Assembly (NCBI GenBank): GCA_963798485.1
Contig: CAWCTR010000004.1
Location: forward strand, 224,001-288,000
Length of the DNA stretch: 64,000 bases
From: an uncultured delta proteobacterium
GTDB taxonomy: Bacteria > Desulfobacterota > Desulfomonilia > UBA1062
Direction: 5' to 3'
Under the pieces are notes generated by a model. The model was not told where the DNA came from. It searched no databases and worked only from the letters and a program-made list of their open reading frames with translations. The translations under genes were made by a program, and so were the position numbers. Numbering within the stretch: the first letter of the stretch is position 1; every line of letters starts with the position of its first letter. Below, in pieces: positions 28,422 through 38,258 of this stretch.

Positions 28422-29267
28422 TTAATCGTTCTTATTCGCCGAGCCAAGGGGAAAGCTGATGATCTTATTCCCATTGATCAGATCTTCTGGTTTACGTGAA
28501 TATCCAAAGTTATCTGTTTCATGCTCATGGATAATATTGGCCCTGTGTAGAAGTTCATGGTCTGCGATAACCTCAGGGGGTATACCGTCGGCGATGACAC
28601 CATGGTCTTCACCCAGCACGATGACCCGTGAGGAGATCTGCTTCACCAGGGAGATGTCGTGTGTTGTGGTGATAATGGTCTTTCCCGCCTTTCTGAGTTC
28701 GCTGATGAGCCTTATCAGCCAGTGGCGCGTTCTCATGTCAAGGGAACTGGTGGGTTCATCCAGGAGAAGGACCTGTGGGTTCAGCGATAATACCGATGCA
28801 ATGGCCACCCGCTTTTTTTCGCCTCCTGAGAGTTGGTTGGGGGTGCGGTCCTTGAGAGAAGAGATGTCGAGCATATCGAGAACATCATCAACCCGTTTCA
28901 TTACCTCTCCTTCTGGCAGGCCGAGTTGAAGGGGACCGAATGCGATCTCGTCATAGACCTTGGGACAGAAGAGCTGGATATCTGGGTTCTGGAAGACAAA
29001 TCCTACTCTGCTCCGGAAGAAATGACGGAACATATCCGTTTCAAGCTTATCTTCTGTCAGGACCTCGCCGAATGCCGTGATGGTCCCTGAGCTCGGAAAG
29101 ATAAGACCGTCCAGCATATGCAGGAGTGTGGATTTTCCCGATCCGTTGGCCCCGAGTATTGCCAGGGACTCTCCAGGGGATATCGAAAGGCTGATCGATT
29201 CGATGGCCGGGATGGCGGCATGATAGCGGTAGCTCACTGCTGAGAGATCAAAGATGGGCTCTTTCAT
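28422..29267 (-). CDS. nikO: ECF-type Ni/Co transporter ATPase
   Basis: GANGSGKST, FQNPDIQLF, LSGGEKKR, LLLDEP; start at MKEPIF (29267). Confidence 0.9.
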   Translation of the reverse strand: MKEPIFDLSAVSYRYHAAIPAIESISLSISPGESLAILGANGSGKSTLLHMLDGLIFPSSGTITAFGEVLTEDKLETDMFRHFFRSRVGFVFQNPDIQLFCPKVYDEIAFGPLQLGLPEGEVMKRVDDVLDMLDISSLKDRTPNQLSGGEKKRVAIASVLSLNPQVLLLDEPTSSLDMRTRHWLIRLISELRKAGKTIITTTHDISLVKQISSRVIVLGEDHGVIADGIPPEVIADHELLHRANIIHEHETDNFGYSRKPEDLINGNKIISFPLGSANKND

Positions 29268-29277
29268 GCTTATACCT

Positions 29278-30216
29278 TTACCATGGAGCAATAGCATGGT
29301 CGAGGATAAGCGAAAAGGCGCATGTGAACATGACAAATATGCACCACGCATAATCGTAGCCCCGTATCCTGGATGGGGCAAGAGTTCTGACATCCCCGGA
29401 GAATCCTCGCGATAGCATGGCGTTGTGCACATCCTGGCTCATCATATAGGTTCTTTTCAGAAGATAGCCCATGCGTGAGGCAACCCAGCGCTGCTCGCTC
29501 CCGGTAGGGCCGTAACGCAGTGTCCTGCTCTTCCGGGCTACATGGATATCATAGACCGTATGCACCAGGAGGGTAATATACCGGTATGTCATGCCGAGGA
29601 TGAGGATGAATATCCTCGGGACCTTTAAGACCCTGAGGGCCTGTAACAGATCACTCCACAGGGTTGTAAGTGTCAGCAGCACAGCCAAAGAGACCGAGGC
29701 CGTGACCCGGCCGATGAATGTGATGGCAGTGAGCATACCCTGGTGGGTGACCGCAATGGTATCGGGGATGTGGTAAGGTCCGATATCGTAGCTCCGTGCA
29801 AGATGGAACACGGTCCAGATAGGTTCTCCCAAAGTAACCACATTAAACAGTGCCGGAATGACGATGACTGCCGAGAACAATGGAATAAACAGCCAGACCC
29901 GCTTAATGAAGAACAGGAGAGAGACAGATGAAGCGACTGCCAGCAGAAGTGTAAAACCATAGACCCCCCAGATAGTGAAAGGAGACCTCATGATACTCAC
30001 GCTGACAATGATGGCGAGGAGGGTTATGAGCTTTACTCGTGGGTCTATAGTCTGCAGGAGACCGCTACGTCTGGCAACAGACTCGGACACCATGGTATCC
30101 CTGAGAAAGTGTGCGGCATTGCCTATGGTCTTTTCTACAAAACCGGCACTGCCCCGATGGGACGGGACAGGCAGCGGTACTGAAGATGAGTCTTGTGTAA
30201 GCCAATCAGGGATCAT
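29278..30216 (-). CDS. nikQ: ECF-type Ni/Co transporter T component
   Basis: IDPRVKL, ARKSR and AMLSRGF motifs. Confidence 0.9.
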   Translation of the reverse strand: MIPDWLTQDSSSVPLPVPSHRGSAGFVEKTIGNAAHFLRDTMVSESVARRSGLLQTIDPRVKLITLLAIIVSVSIMRSPFTIWGVYGFTLLLAVASSVSLLFFIKRVWLFIPLFSAVIVIPALFNVVTLGEPIWTVFHLARSYDIGPYHIPDTIAVTHQGMLTAITFIGRVTASVSLAVLLTLTTLWSDLLQALRVLKVPRIFILILGMTYRYITLLVHTVYDIHVARKSRTLRYGPTGSEQRWVASRMGYLLKRTYMMSQDVHNAMLSRGFSGDVRTLAPSRIRGYDYAWCIFVMFTCAFSLILDHAIAPW

Positions 30217-30561
30217 CTATTCCTTCTGATGCACGATTTTTCCAAAGAGCAGGGCAATCCCTGCGATAATGCCCATGCCCACAACTGCTGAAATTACGTA
30301 ACCCAGGCTCTGCATTCTGAGCCCCTTTTCTTCCCAGCCCTTGAAGGAGTAATCCGGCATGGGGGCCTGCCAGAGATCGGCAAGATTTTTCATACCCTGG
30401 GGGACATATCCGACCATCTTTCCGATCTCGTCAGGACCCCATTCTCCCCAGGCGGAACCGGCCTTGAACATATCGGGAAGGATGACACCCACAGGAGACA
30501 GAAGGGCGAGAACCACAAGCCCGAGCAACATCTTTTTCATGGTGGAATTACCGTTACTCAT
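30217..30561 (-). CDS. nikN: NikN/PDGLE-domain auxiliary Ni transport component
   Basis: 2 TM helices flanking AWGEWG...WQAPMPDYSF. Confidence 0.75.
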   Translation of the reverse strand: MSNGNSTMKKMLLGLVVLALLSPVGVILPDMFKAGSAWGEWGPDEIGKMVGYVPQGMKNLADLWQAPMPDYSFKGWEEKGLRMQSLGYVISAVVGMGIIAGIALLFGKIVHQKE

Positions 30562-31244
30562 CTGGCACCTCCGTAGATGGTGAGGAGTTCCTTATCCGAT
30601 TTCTGGAGATAGATGATGATCAATGCGGTGACCAGGGCCTCGACAATGCCGAAGAGCATGAGATGTTCAATGGCCATGGCGGGAACGGCTACAGAAAGCG
30701 GGTATGGTGAATACAGCGGATGGCCGTCAGGGGCTGTAGCTATGAGTGGTTGTATGCCGAACTCGATACCTGCAATAACAGCAGCCACGTTAATCCCTAC
30801 GTACCCTCCTATGGCACCCGCCACCCAGCGACGGGGCGAGGTTATTTCGGAGCTGCCGGAAATGAGCTTATAGGTGTAGTAGCCTACAAAGGGTATGACA
30901 ACCCCCATATTGAAGCAATTAGCTCCTATGGCGGTTATCCCCCCGTCTCCGAACAGGAGTGCCTGGACGATCAGTGCGATGGACACGGCAATGCTCGCTG
31001 CCCAGGGACCGAGGATGATGGCGACGATGACAGCCCCAACTGCATGACCGGTGGTTCCGCCCGGGATGGGGACGTTGAACATCATGATCACAAAAGAGAA
31101 CGCCGCGCCCAAAGCGAGGAGGGGTACATGCCGGGATCGGAGAACTTTACTGACCTTCCGGGCGGCAAAGCCCAGGTAAGGGATCATAACGGCATAAAAA
31201 GGCACATAGGTTTGTGGGGACAAGTATCCATCCGGGATGTGCAT
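30558..31244 (-). CDS. nikM: ECF-type Ni/Co transporter S component
   Basis: N-terminal MHIPDGYL metal-binding motif, GTTGH, QALLFGDGGITAIGAN; adjacent to nikR. Confidence 0.93.
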   Translation of the reverse strand: MHIPDGYLSPQTYVPFYAVMIPYLGFAARKVSKVLRSRHVPLLALGAAFSFVIMMFNVPIPGGTTGHAVGAVIVAIILGPWAASIAVSIALIVQALLFGDGGITAIGANCFNMGVVIPFVGYYTYKLISGSSEITSPRRWVAGAIGGYVGINVAAVIAGIEFGIQPLIATAPDGHPLYSPYPLSVAVPAMAIEHLMLFGIVEALVTALIIIYLQKSDKELLTIYGGAR

Positions 31245-31315
31245 AATAATCTATCTCCTCTCTTGTAATTATTTGCATCCAATAACGCAGCGAGCCAGAG
31301 ACACTGATGAGATAG

Positions 31316-31342
31316 ATAACACAATAATCTAAATGGTGCCAT
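31316..31342. promoter_or_regulatory. Putative NikR operator upstream of nikM
   Basis: ATAACAC-N13-GTGCCAT; an extra GTGCTAC half-site at 31366-31372. Confidence 0.7.
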
Positions 31343-31422
31343 TATAAATGATGATTGTACGGATTGTGCTACGCAGTAAGGATTGTGATATTTAAGAGCC
31401 TTGTGTGGACTTCAATGATATT

Positions 31423-31839
31423 CTATTCGATTGCCTTGCCGGTGCTGGTCATGCTCAGTGCACCATGGCGCACACCCTTGACTGACTTTAGGGCATTGGC
31501 AAGCTCTTGGACCTCGCTGGCCGTGCCCTTCACGGCCACGATCTCAAGGCAGTTGTGATGGTCAAGGTGGATGTGCTGGGTGGAGATGATGGTGTCCTGA
31601 TGGTCGTGCTGAAGGTCCGTAAGTTTGCTCGAAAGGCCTCGCATATGATGGTCATAAATGAAGGTGATAGTTCCTGCAACCTCCTGGTCCTCTTCCCATT
31701 CCTTTTTGACCAGTTCCTGGCGGATAAGGTCCCGCAAGGCCTCGGAACGAGTCGAATAACCCCTATTGCTGATAAGCCTATCGAACTTTTTGAGCAAATT
31801 GTCTTCAATTGATACACCGAATCTCACAAGCTCTGCCAT
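31423..31839 (-). CDS. nikR: Nickel-responsive regulator NikR
   Basis: Ribbon-helix-helix VRFGVSI...RSEALRDLIR; Ni site QH...HIHLDHHNCLE. Confidence 0.97.
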   Translation of the reverse strand: MAELVRFGVSIEDNLLKKFDRLISNRGYSTRSEALRDLIRQELVKKEWEEDQEVAGTITFIYDHHMRGLSSKLTDLQHDHQDTIISTQHIHLDHHNCLEIVAVKGTASEVQELANALKSVKGVRHGALSMTSTGKAIE

Positions 31840-31996
31840 AACCCACCAGATGTTACTTTTTCAGAGCATCGTGCCACAGATAGCAAGGGTTTGTCAATTC
31901 TTTGATTCATACCCATAATCTTTATGTAGTTCGCCCTCAATAGTTCATTTCTTTGTCAGAAGATAGTATCACATATATTATTTATATAAATGTAAC

Positions 31997-32023
31997 TTGC
32001 CACCATATTAATTTACGTGCTAC
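31997..32023. promoter_or_regulatory. Weaker putative NikR operator upstream of the tonB-chelatase operon
   Basis: TTGCCAC-N13-GTGCTAC: identical right half-site and spacing; degenerate left half. Confidence 0.55.
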
Positions 32024-32359
32024 TCATACTGGAACATAATGGTAAGGATACATCATGTGTCAAATTATTAATGTCGATAAATGTTCACCCAGACAGTTAC
32101 GCCTGGTGCGGTTTTCTGGTATTACCATGGTATTTAAGAATCAGCATGCACCTCTCTTGTCACAGACAGGATATACTTTTCTGAGTGAACTATACAATAT
32201 TTCAAAAATTGCATTAAGGCGGACCTCAACACTTATCAACTCCATTCCGGCTGTCATACCAGTAGCTTTGCCAAGCTTGCCATGGGTGAACTGGTTCAAA
32301 ATACTTAGGTGTTCCGGCATGCCATGGCAGGCAGCTAAGCACTATTACTAAATGCATCC

Positions 32360-33070
32360 ATGGGGGCTATCATGCATAAACACATGTTGGTGCTCCCATG
32401 GTTTTTTTCCGTGAGTCTCCATGCCATGCTTTTAACATTTTGCGTACTCACTTTTAAGAAGATTGATCCAGAGATGAGTATCATTATGGTGAATCTCGAT
32501 GCTACACCCCGGGCGAGTGTTTCTGCTCATGCAAATACACCGGTTAAAGCGGTTCAGGTGATGATGCCCAAACGGAGAACGAGCAGAACCCAGCAACCAG
32601 ACCAAACACCTGTTGAGGAGGAACATAAACTGCTGGCTCCTGGAGTTGAAGTGGCTTCTCACCCTGATGCCGCCCCCACAAAGGACTTAGTTGTCAATGC
32701 ACCACAGCAGGATGGCCCTGGCGCAGATATTGGATCACCAGCCGGTGATACTAATGGACAATCGGAAAAAACTACCGATTTCCAATTCGGCGTTGCCAGT
32801 GGCCCAAAATTTGACTACCGCGTGCTGCCGGTATTTCCTCTGATCGCCAGGCGACTCGGCAAAGAGGGGCGCGTTGTGCTTCGCCTGACCATCGACGCCC
32901 AGGGACACCTCATTGATGTAGAGATTGTAGAGAAGGCAGGTTACGGGTTTACCGAGGCCGCGATCGATTCTGTCAGGCACTCTACCTTTCTGCCGGCTCA
33001 GGTGGGTGGACAGCCTGTTTCATCCCAGGCACTCCTTCCTATAAAGTTCGCGTTGCAGAAGGATGCGTAA
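32360..33070 (+). CDS. tonB: TonB energy transducer
   Basis: N-terminal SVSLH TM motif; C-terminal PVFPLIARRLGKEGRVVLRLTID...FLPA. Confidence 0.9.
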   Translation: MGAIMHKHMLVLPWFFSVSLHAMLLTFCVLTFKKIDPEMSIIMVNLDATPRASVSAHANTPVKAVQVMMPKRRTSRTQQPDQTPVEEEHKLLAPGVEVASHPDAAPTKDLVVNAPQQDGPGADIGSPAGDTNGQSEKTTDFQFGVASGPKFDYRVLPVFPLIARRLGKEGRVVLRLTIDAQGHLIDVEIVEKAGYGFTEAAIDSVRHSTFLPAQVGGQPVSSQALLPIKFALQKDA

Positions 33071-33110
33071 ATCCAGGCAGAAAAAGTACATTAAAACTTG
33101 GAGGTATTTT

Positions 33111-35330
33111 ATGTGGATGAGGTTTTTTACGGTACTGTTGGCCTTGTGCCTGGCGATGCCTGCCCTGGCGGAAGAACCTACTCAAGCACCCAAAGGGGAC
33201 ACCCAGCTCGAAGAGATAGTGGTGACGGCTACACGCACGCCTGAAGAAATCAGCAAGGCTCCGGGCAGCGTATCCGTGGTGACCAATAAGGATATCGAGC
33301 AGCGCAACATTGAAAGCGTGGACCAGGCGGTCAACACCCTGTCAGGTGTCTATGACAGCCACGGCAAGGGTTTGATGGATACGCAAACAGCCATAACGTT
33401 AGGCGGCATACCGGATCAAAAGCGCACGCTCATTATGGTGGATGGTATGACCATGAACACAGCTTTTTATGGGAATGTCAATTATATCGGCCTCTCGCCG
33501 GACAATGTCGAGCGCATCGAGGTGGTACAGGGACCGTTTTCCAGCCTGTACGGAGGCTATGCCATGGGCGGGGTGGTAAATATAATCACGCGCATGCCGG
33601 AGAAACAGGAATTCATCTTCAAAGAGGGATACGGGTCAAGTTTTCAGGATAACAAAGGATTGGACAACCTGCACACTACTTATGCATCCTTTGGTGACCG
33701 GTTTCAAAACAAGCTCAGTGTATTCCTGAGTTATAATCATCAATCCACCGAGGGCTATCCGTCTAACCTGAACGTGCAGAGCAGTGCGCCCACGGATGGG
33801 ATCACAGGCTGGAAGAACACCACTGACCCATTTGGAAACCATAACTATCTGATCGGAGATAAAGGAGATAACGGCTGTAGCGACGATAATCTGACTTTCA
33901 AGGCCGCCTACGATTTTTCCCCGGACACCAAAGTGGATGCCATGATCATGCGCACCTACTATAAGTACACATATGGTGACCCGCATACCTATCTGAAGGA
34001 TGCGGTCGGCAACCCTGTTTTCACCTATGGTACAGGCTATGAACAGGTCATGGAAAATTCTTACCTTGACGGCCCGGGCGGAGAGGAAAGCTTTTTGTAT
34101 CATGTGGGTGGTGAGACTGTTCTTGGGACAGCGAAAATTAAACTCTCCCTGGGAGTCAATGATGAAACCTCCAATTGGTATATCTCGCCAGGCTATACTG
34201 CGGACACGACCACACTGGGCGGACCGGGGGACTACTCCAACACACCGTCACGCGACTATATGGCCGATCTGCAGGTGACGCAGCCGGTCTTGAGCAGGCA
34301 GCTCCTGACCTTTGGAGCGTCCTACAAACACGGCACGTGCGAGAACACGGACTATGAGCTGAGTGACTGGAAAAACCAGGATACCAAGACAGCTATCAAC
34401 TACATGTATGGCGGCAAGGACGAGAGCTATGCCCTCTTCGCACAGGACGAGATCATGATCATGGATAAGCTCACGACCTATATCGGGCTGCGCGGCGACT
34501 GGTGGCGGACCTATGACGGAGAAGCCAATCAGGTCGGTTCAGCCGGTTATCCCCAGGACTATTCCTCACGGACCGATACGGCCTACAGCCCGAAATTGGC
34601 TCTGGTGTACAAACCCCTCGAGCTAACCACCCTGCGGTTTGACGCCGGCAAGGCCTTCCGGCCACCGGACGTATATGAGCTCTACAGTACCTGGACAGGC
34701 TGGGGCATGACCTATAGCGGCAATCCTCATCTAAAACCGGAAACCACTTCCTCCTGGGATATTGGCGTGAAGCAGGGCCTCTGGAAAGGCGCTACCTGTG
34801 GAGTCACCTACTTCGAGAACTACTTGGAAGATCTGATCTACCCCGAATATGTTTCCTCTACCCAGGTGGATTATATCAATGCCGCCAAGGCTCAGAGCAA
34901 GGGCGTCAAACTCGATGCTGATCAGCGTATCAGCGACTGGCTGCGCCTCTACGCCAACTGTACCTTCGACTATGCCACAATAAAAAAGAATGATTACGAC
35001 CCAGCCTCGGATGGCAAACGCCTGGTCGATTTACCGGCACGCATGGCGAATTTGGGAGTGGAACTGACGCAGGGGCCGGTTGCCGGAACGCTTACCTGCC
35101 GCGATGTGAGCCGCCGCTACGGAGACGACGATGTTTATAACAATGCCAATGTAAAGGGCGTGTTGGGCTCCTTTGACCCCTATTACACGATCGATACCAA
35201 GCTAAGCTACCAGATCACGAAGTGGGGCACACTATCTTTCGCGGTTGATAATATTCTCAATAAAGAACGCTTTGACTATTACCTGTGCCCGGGAAGATCC
35301 TGGAACAGCGAACTGACCCTTAAGTTCTAG
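33111..35330 (+). CDS. TonB-dependent outer membrane receptor (BtuB/CirA-like)
   Basis: Signal peptide, TonB box EEIVVTATRT, plug VERIEVVQGPFSSLYG..AMGGVVNIIT, NPHLKPE, C-terminal Phe; ATG at 33111 follows GGAGG. Confidence 0.95.
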   Translation: MWMRFFTVLLALCLAMPALAEEPTQAPKGDTQLEEIVVTATRTPEEISKAPGSVSVVTNKDIEQRNIESVDQAVNTLSGVYDSHGKGLMDTQTAITLGGIPDQKRTLIMVDGMTMNTAFYGNVNYIGLSPDNVERIEVVQGPFSSLYGGYAMGGVVNIITRMPEKQEFIFKEGYGSSFQDNKGLDNLHTTYASFGDRFQNKLSVFLSYNHQSTEGYPSNLNVQSSAPTDGITGWKNTTDPFGNHNYLIGDKGDNGCSDDNLTFKAAYDFSPDTKVDAMIMRTYYKYTYGDPHTYLKDAVGNPVFTYGTGYEQVMENSYLDGPGGEESFLYHVGGETVLGTAKIKLSLGVNDETSNWYISPGYTADTTTLGGPGDYSNTPSRDYMADLQVTQPVLSRQLLTFGASYKHGTCENTDYELSDWKNQDTKTAINYMYGGKDESYALFAQDEIMIMDKLTTYIGLRGDWWRTYDGEANQVGSAGYPQDYSSRTDTAYSPKLALVYKPLELTTLRFDAGKAFRPPDVYELYSTWTGWGMTYSGNPHLKPETTSSWDIGVKQGLWKGATCGVTYFENYLEDLIYPEYVSSTQVDYINAAKAQSKGVKLDADQRISDWLRLYANCTFDYATIKKNDYDPASDGKRLVDLPARMANLGVELTQGPVAGTLTCRDVSRRYGDDDVYNNANVKGVLGSFDPYYTIDTKLSYQITKWGTLSFAVDNILNKERFDYYLCPGRSWNSELTLKF

Positions 35331-35344
35331 CCGGATGGGGTGAC

Positions 35345-36481
35345 GTGGAGATTTTGTTAAACCCAAAACCATACCGGAGGAAAATAATGACAAGCTTTGG
35401 CTTCCATCAACCCACCCTGAAGAGGACGGCCGGAAAGCTCTCCTATGATCGAACCAAAGAACAACAGGCGGTCTGCTTATTATCCCAGGCCGGAGGAGTG
35501 CTATTCTGGGCGGTTTGTCTAGTTGTCATGCTTCTGCTCTTGCAGGGAGATCCAAGCGCGCAGGCCGAAACCATCACCTACACCGACAAGCTCGGCCGGG
35601 TTGTGCGTGTTACCGCGCCGGTCAGGCGCGCGGTCTGCCTGCAGTTCTATGAGTTGCTCCCTGCCCTTAACTGCTGGGACCAGGTCTGCGGCGTGAGCCG
35701 CTGGGCCTACAAGAATGACCTCATCCTGGCCACCAGGTCGGAGATCGCAAAGACCATCCCCGCGGTCGGACCCGGCACGGAGGTCAACATGGAGGCCCTG
35801 CTTAAGCTCAAGCCTGATCTCGTCATCACCTGGACGTTCAAACCAGAGCAGGTACAGTTCATGGAGCGCCAGGGGCTGACTGTCATTGCGGTCTATCCCG
35901 AGAGCCTCTCTGAACTGTATGCCGTCATGGACCTGTTTAGTCGGGTGTTCGGCAAGGAGCGCCGCATGCAAGAGATCAAGGCGCAGATGGACATCTGCCT
36001 GAGCGTTATCCGCACCCATACCACGCGCATCCCCCCCGCCAAGCGCTACCGCGCGCTTTGGCTGGAATCCAGGCCAACCTCGGTGGCAGGCTCCCTAGGG
36101 GTAACGCAGGATGTTTTGAGCATGATCGGGGCGACAAATGCGGCTGGCGCCATCCATGAACGAAGCAGGGATGTGACCTTGGAACAGATAATCGCCTACA
36201 ACCCGGATGTGATCTTCATCTGGGGTAACGCATCCTACAGCGCCACGGATATCCTTACCAATCCGCAGTGGAGTTCCATCAAGGCCGTGAAAACCGGCCG
36301 TGTGTATAAGGCTCCGGAATGGTCCACCTGGTCGCCGCGTCTCGCGCCGGTTGCCCTATGGATGGCCGCGCGCACCTATCCGGAATATTACAAGGATGTC
36401 AATCTGGAGAAGATGATTGATGATTTCTACCGCCAGACCTACGGACTCACTTATAAGAAGGTAGCGAAGATTGAAGGCTAA
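35345..36481 (+). CDS. Periplasmic binding protein (BtuF/FepB/HmuT class)
   Basis: TDKLGRVV, VNMEALLKLKPDLVI, VTLEQIIAYNPDVI, AVKTGRVY. Confidence 0.88.
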   Translation: MEILLNPKPYRRKIMTSFGFHQPTLKRTAGKLSYDRTKEQQAVCLLSQAGGVLFWAVCLVVMLLLLQGDPSAQAETITYTDKLGRVVRVTAPVRRAVCLQFYELLPALNCWDQVCGVSRWAYKNDLILATRSEIAKTIPAVGPGTEVNMEALLKLKPDLVITWTFKPEQVQFMERQGLTVIAVYPESLSELYAVMDLFSRVFGKERRMQEIKAQMDICLSVIRTHTTRIPPAKRYRALWLESRPTSVAGSLGVTQDVLSMIGATNAAGAIHERSRDVTLEQIIAYNPDVIFIWGNASYSATDILTNPQWSSIKAVKTGRVYKAPEWSTWSPRLAPVALWMAARTYPEYYKDVNLEKMIDDFYRQTYGLTYKKVAKIEG

Positions 36482-37478
36482 AACTCCACTCTTCTTTCTG
36501 ATCGTACTTTCACCGTTACTGGCAGGCTGGTGTGCGCTGTTCCTGGGGGCCTATGATATTTCACCCTTACTGGCGCTCAAAGTCATGGCACAAACCCTGC
36601 GGCCCTGGGAGGTTGCACCGGATATGCCGGAAAGTGGCATTATACTGAATATCCGGTTGCCTCGTATTCTTCTGGCCGGAATCGTCGGGCTCGCTCTGTC
36701 CACCTCAGGCGCGACCCTGCAGGGCATTTTCCGTAACCCTCTGGTGGATCCTTTTATCCTGGGCATATCCGCCGGAGCAGCCCTGGGTTGTGCGCTGGCC
36801 ATCGGCTTCTTCCCGATCCTGCCCATCCCAGTCATGGCCTTTGCTGGCGGCATCCTGGCTGTGCTCCTTGCCTACAGTATGGCCAAGACTCAAGGAGAGG
36901 TCTCGCGCCTGGCACTCATCCTCTCAGGCGTGATCGTATCGGCCTTTTTCACGGCCCTGGTCTCTGCTGTGAAGTTCCTTGTTGACCCGCACAAGCTCCA
37001 GAACATAGTCTTCTGGCTCATGGGCAGCTTTGCACTGGCAGACTGGCGCTTGGTGCGCATCGCTGCGCTCGGTATCGGCCTTGGTTGTGTGCCGGTTGTG
37101 TTGATGCGCTGGCGGCTCAATGCCCTGAGCATGGGCGAGGAAGAGGCTCGGACGTTGGGGGTGGACGTTGGGCGCGAGCGCCTGCTCCTGATTGCCGCAG
37201 CAACGCTTATGGCCAGTAGCGCTGTGGCGGTCAGCGGGATTATCGGCTGGGTGGGGCTCATGGTTCCGCACCTCATCCGCATGCTCGCCGGTCCTGATCA
37301 TAAGCGCCTGGTGCCCTTGAGCATGGCGGCCGGGGCGACCTGCATGATTGTAGCTGATACCATCGCCCGCACAAGCACCGGGTTTGACCTGCCGGTCGGC
37401 ATCATCACCGCCATCCTAGGCGCCCCATTTTTCTTTTATCTCATGCGGCGGGGATATGCCCTGAGTTGGAAAGGATAG
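36471..37478 (+). CDS. FecCD/BtuC family ABC permease
   Basis: IRLPRI, QGIFRNPLVDP, MGEEEARTLGV, IGWVGLMVPH. Confidence 0.93.
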   Translation: MKAKTPLFFLIVLSPLLAGWCALFLGAYDISPLLALKVMAQTLRPWEVAPDMPESGIILNIRLPRILLAGIVGLALSTSGATLQGIFRNPLVDPFILGISAGAALGCALAIGFFPILPIPVMAFAGGILAVLLAYSMAKTQGEVSRLALILSGVIVSAFFTALVSAVKFLVDPHKLQNIVFWLMGSFALADWRLVRIAALGIGLGCVPVVLMRWRLNALSMGEEEARTLGVDVGRERLLLIAAATLMASSAVAVSGIIGWVGLMVPHLIRMLAGPDHKRLVPLSMAAGATCMIVADTIARTSTGFDLPVGIITAILGAPFFFYLMRRGYALSWKG

Positions 37479-37481
37479 CAC

Positions 37482-38258
37482 ATGCTCACGGTGGATAGAC
37501 TGAGTTTCAGACATGCGGGGTCAAGGCGTGATATCCTTAAGGAAGTCAGCTTCAACCTTCCCGAAGGGGCCGTAACCGCCGTGCTGGGTCCCAATGGTTC
37601 AGGTAAGACCACGCTCTTCAAGTGCCTGGCCGGAACATGGCATCCCTACCGGGGAAGCATCGCTCTTGCGGGTCAGGACATCACAAAGTTCACACCTGCC
37701 AAACGTGCCCGGATGATCGCGGTCGTGCCGCAGGAGCATGAGCCCCCGTTCCCCTATTCCGTGCTGGAAGCGGTGCTGTTGGGCCGGACTGCATATGTAA
37801 GCCTCTTTGCCGCCCCGACAGCTGCCGACTACCAGGTGGCCAGGGAGGCAATAGCCACCGTGGGTATCAGCCATCTACAAGATCAGCCCTATACCCGCAT
37901 CAGCGGAGGTGAGCGCCAATTGACCCTTGTAGCGCGTGCCCTGGCGCAGGAAACTCCGCTCCTGCTGCTGGACGAACCCACCTCCCACCTGGATCTGAAA
38001 AACCAGACCATGGTAATGCGGATCATCAGGCAGGTCGTCCGTCAAAAGGGCCTGACCGTACTCATGACCCTGCATGACCCCAACCTGGCCTCCCTTTATG
38101 CCGGACAGGCCGTACTGCTCACCGACGGACAGGTCTTTGCGGCTGGAGCGCCCCAGACAGTTATCACCTCGGAGAATCTCATGCGCATGTACGCCATGGA
38201 ACTCCGTCTGATCAGTGAAAATGGCACAAGCTGTATCGTGCCCAAGGTAGAGGTATGA
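37482..38258 (+). CDS. ABC importer ATPase (FecE/BtuD/HmuV class)
   Basis: GPNGSGKTT, SGGERQ, LLLDEPTSHLD, LHDPNLA. Confidence 0.93.
   Translation: MLTVDRLSFRHAGSRRDILKEVSFNLPEGAVTAVLGPNGSGKTTLFKCLAGTWHPYRGSIALAGQDITKFTPAKRARMIAVVPQEHEPPFPYSVLEAVLLGRTAYVSLFAAPTAADYQVAREAIATVGISHLQDQPYTRISGGERQLTLVARALAQETPLLLLDEPTSHLDLKNQTMVMRIIRQVVRQKGLTVLMTLHDPNLASLYAGQAVLLTDGQVFAAGAPQTVITSENLMRMYAMELRLISENGTSCIVPKVEV

Noticed and set aside
31850-31877. ATGTTAC-N14-GTGCCAC upstream of nikR as a fourth NikR site
   Set aside because: Direct-repeat orientation and 14-bp spacing do not fit the other three sites; unresolved.
32055-32351. 98-aa ORF upstream of tonB
   Set aside because: No recognisable family or convincing composition; treated as leader sequence.
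31245-32359. Possible cobalamin riboswitch upstream of nikM or the TBDR operon
   Set aside because: No B12-box elements in the correct orientation; the AGCCAGAGAC at about 31293 is on the wrong strand for nikM.
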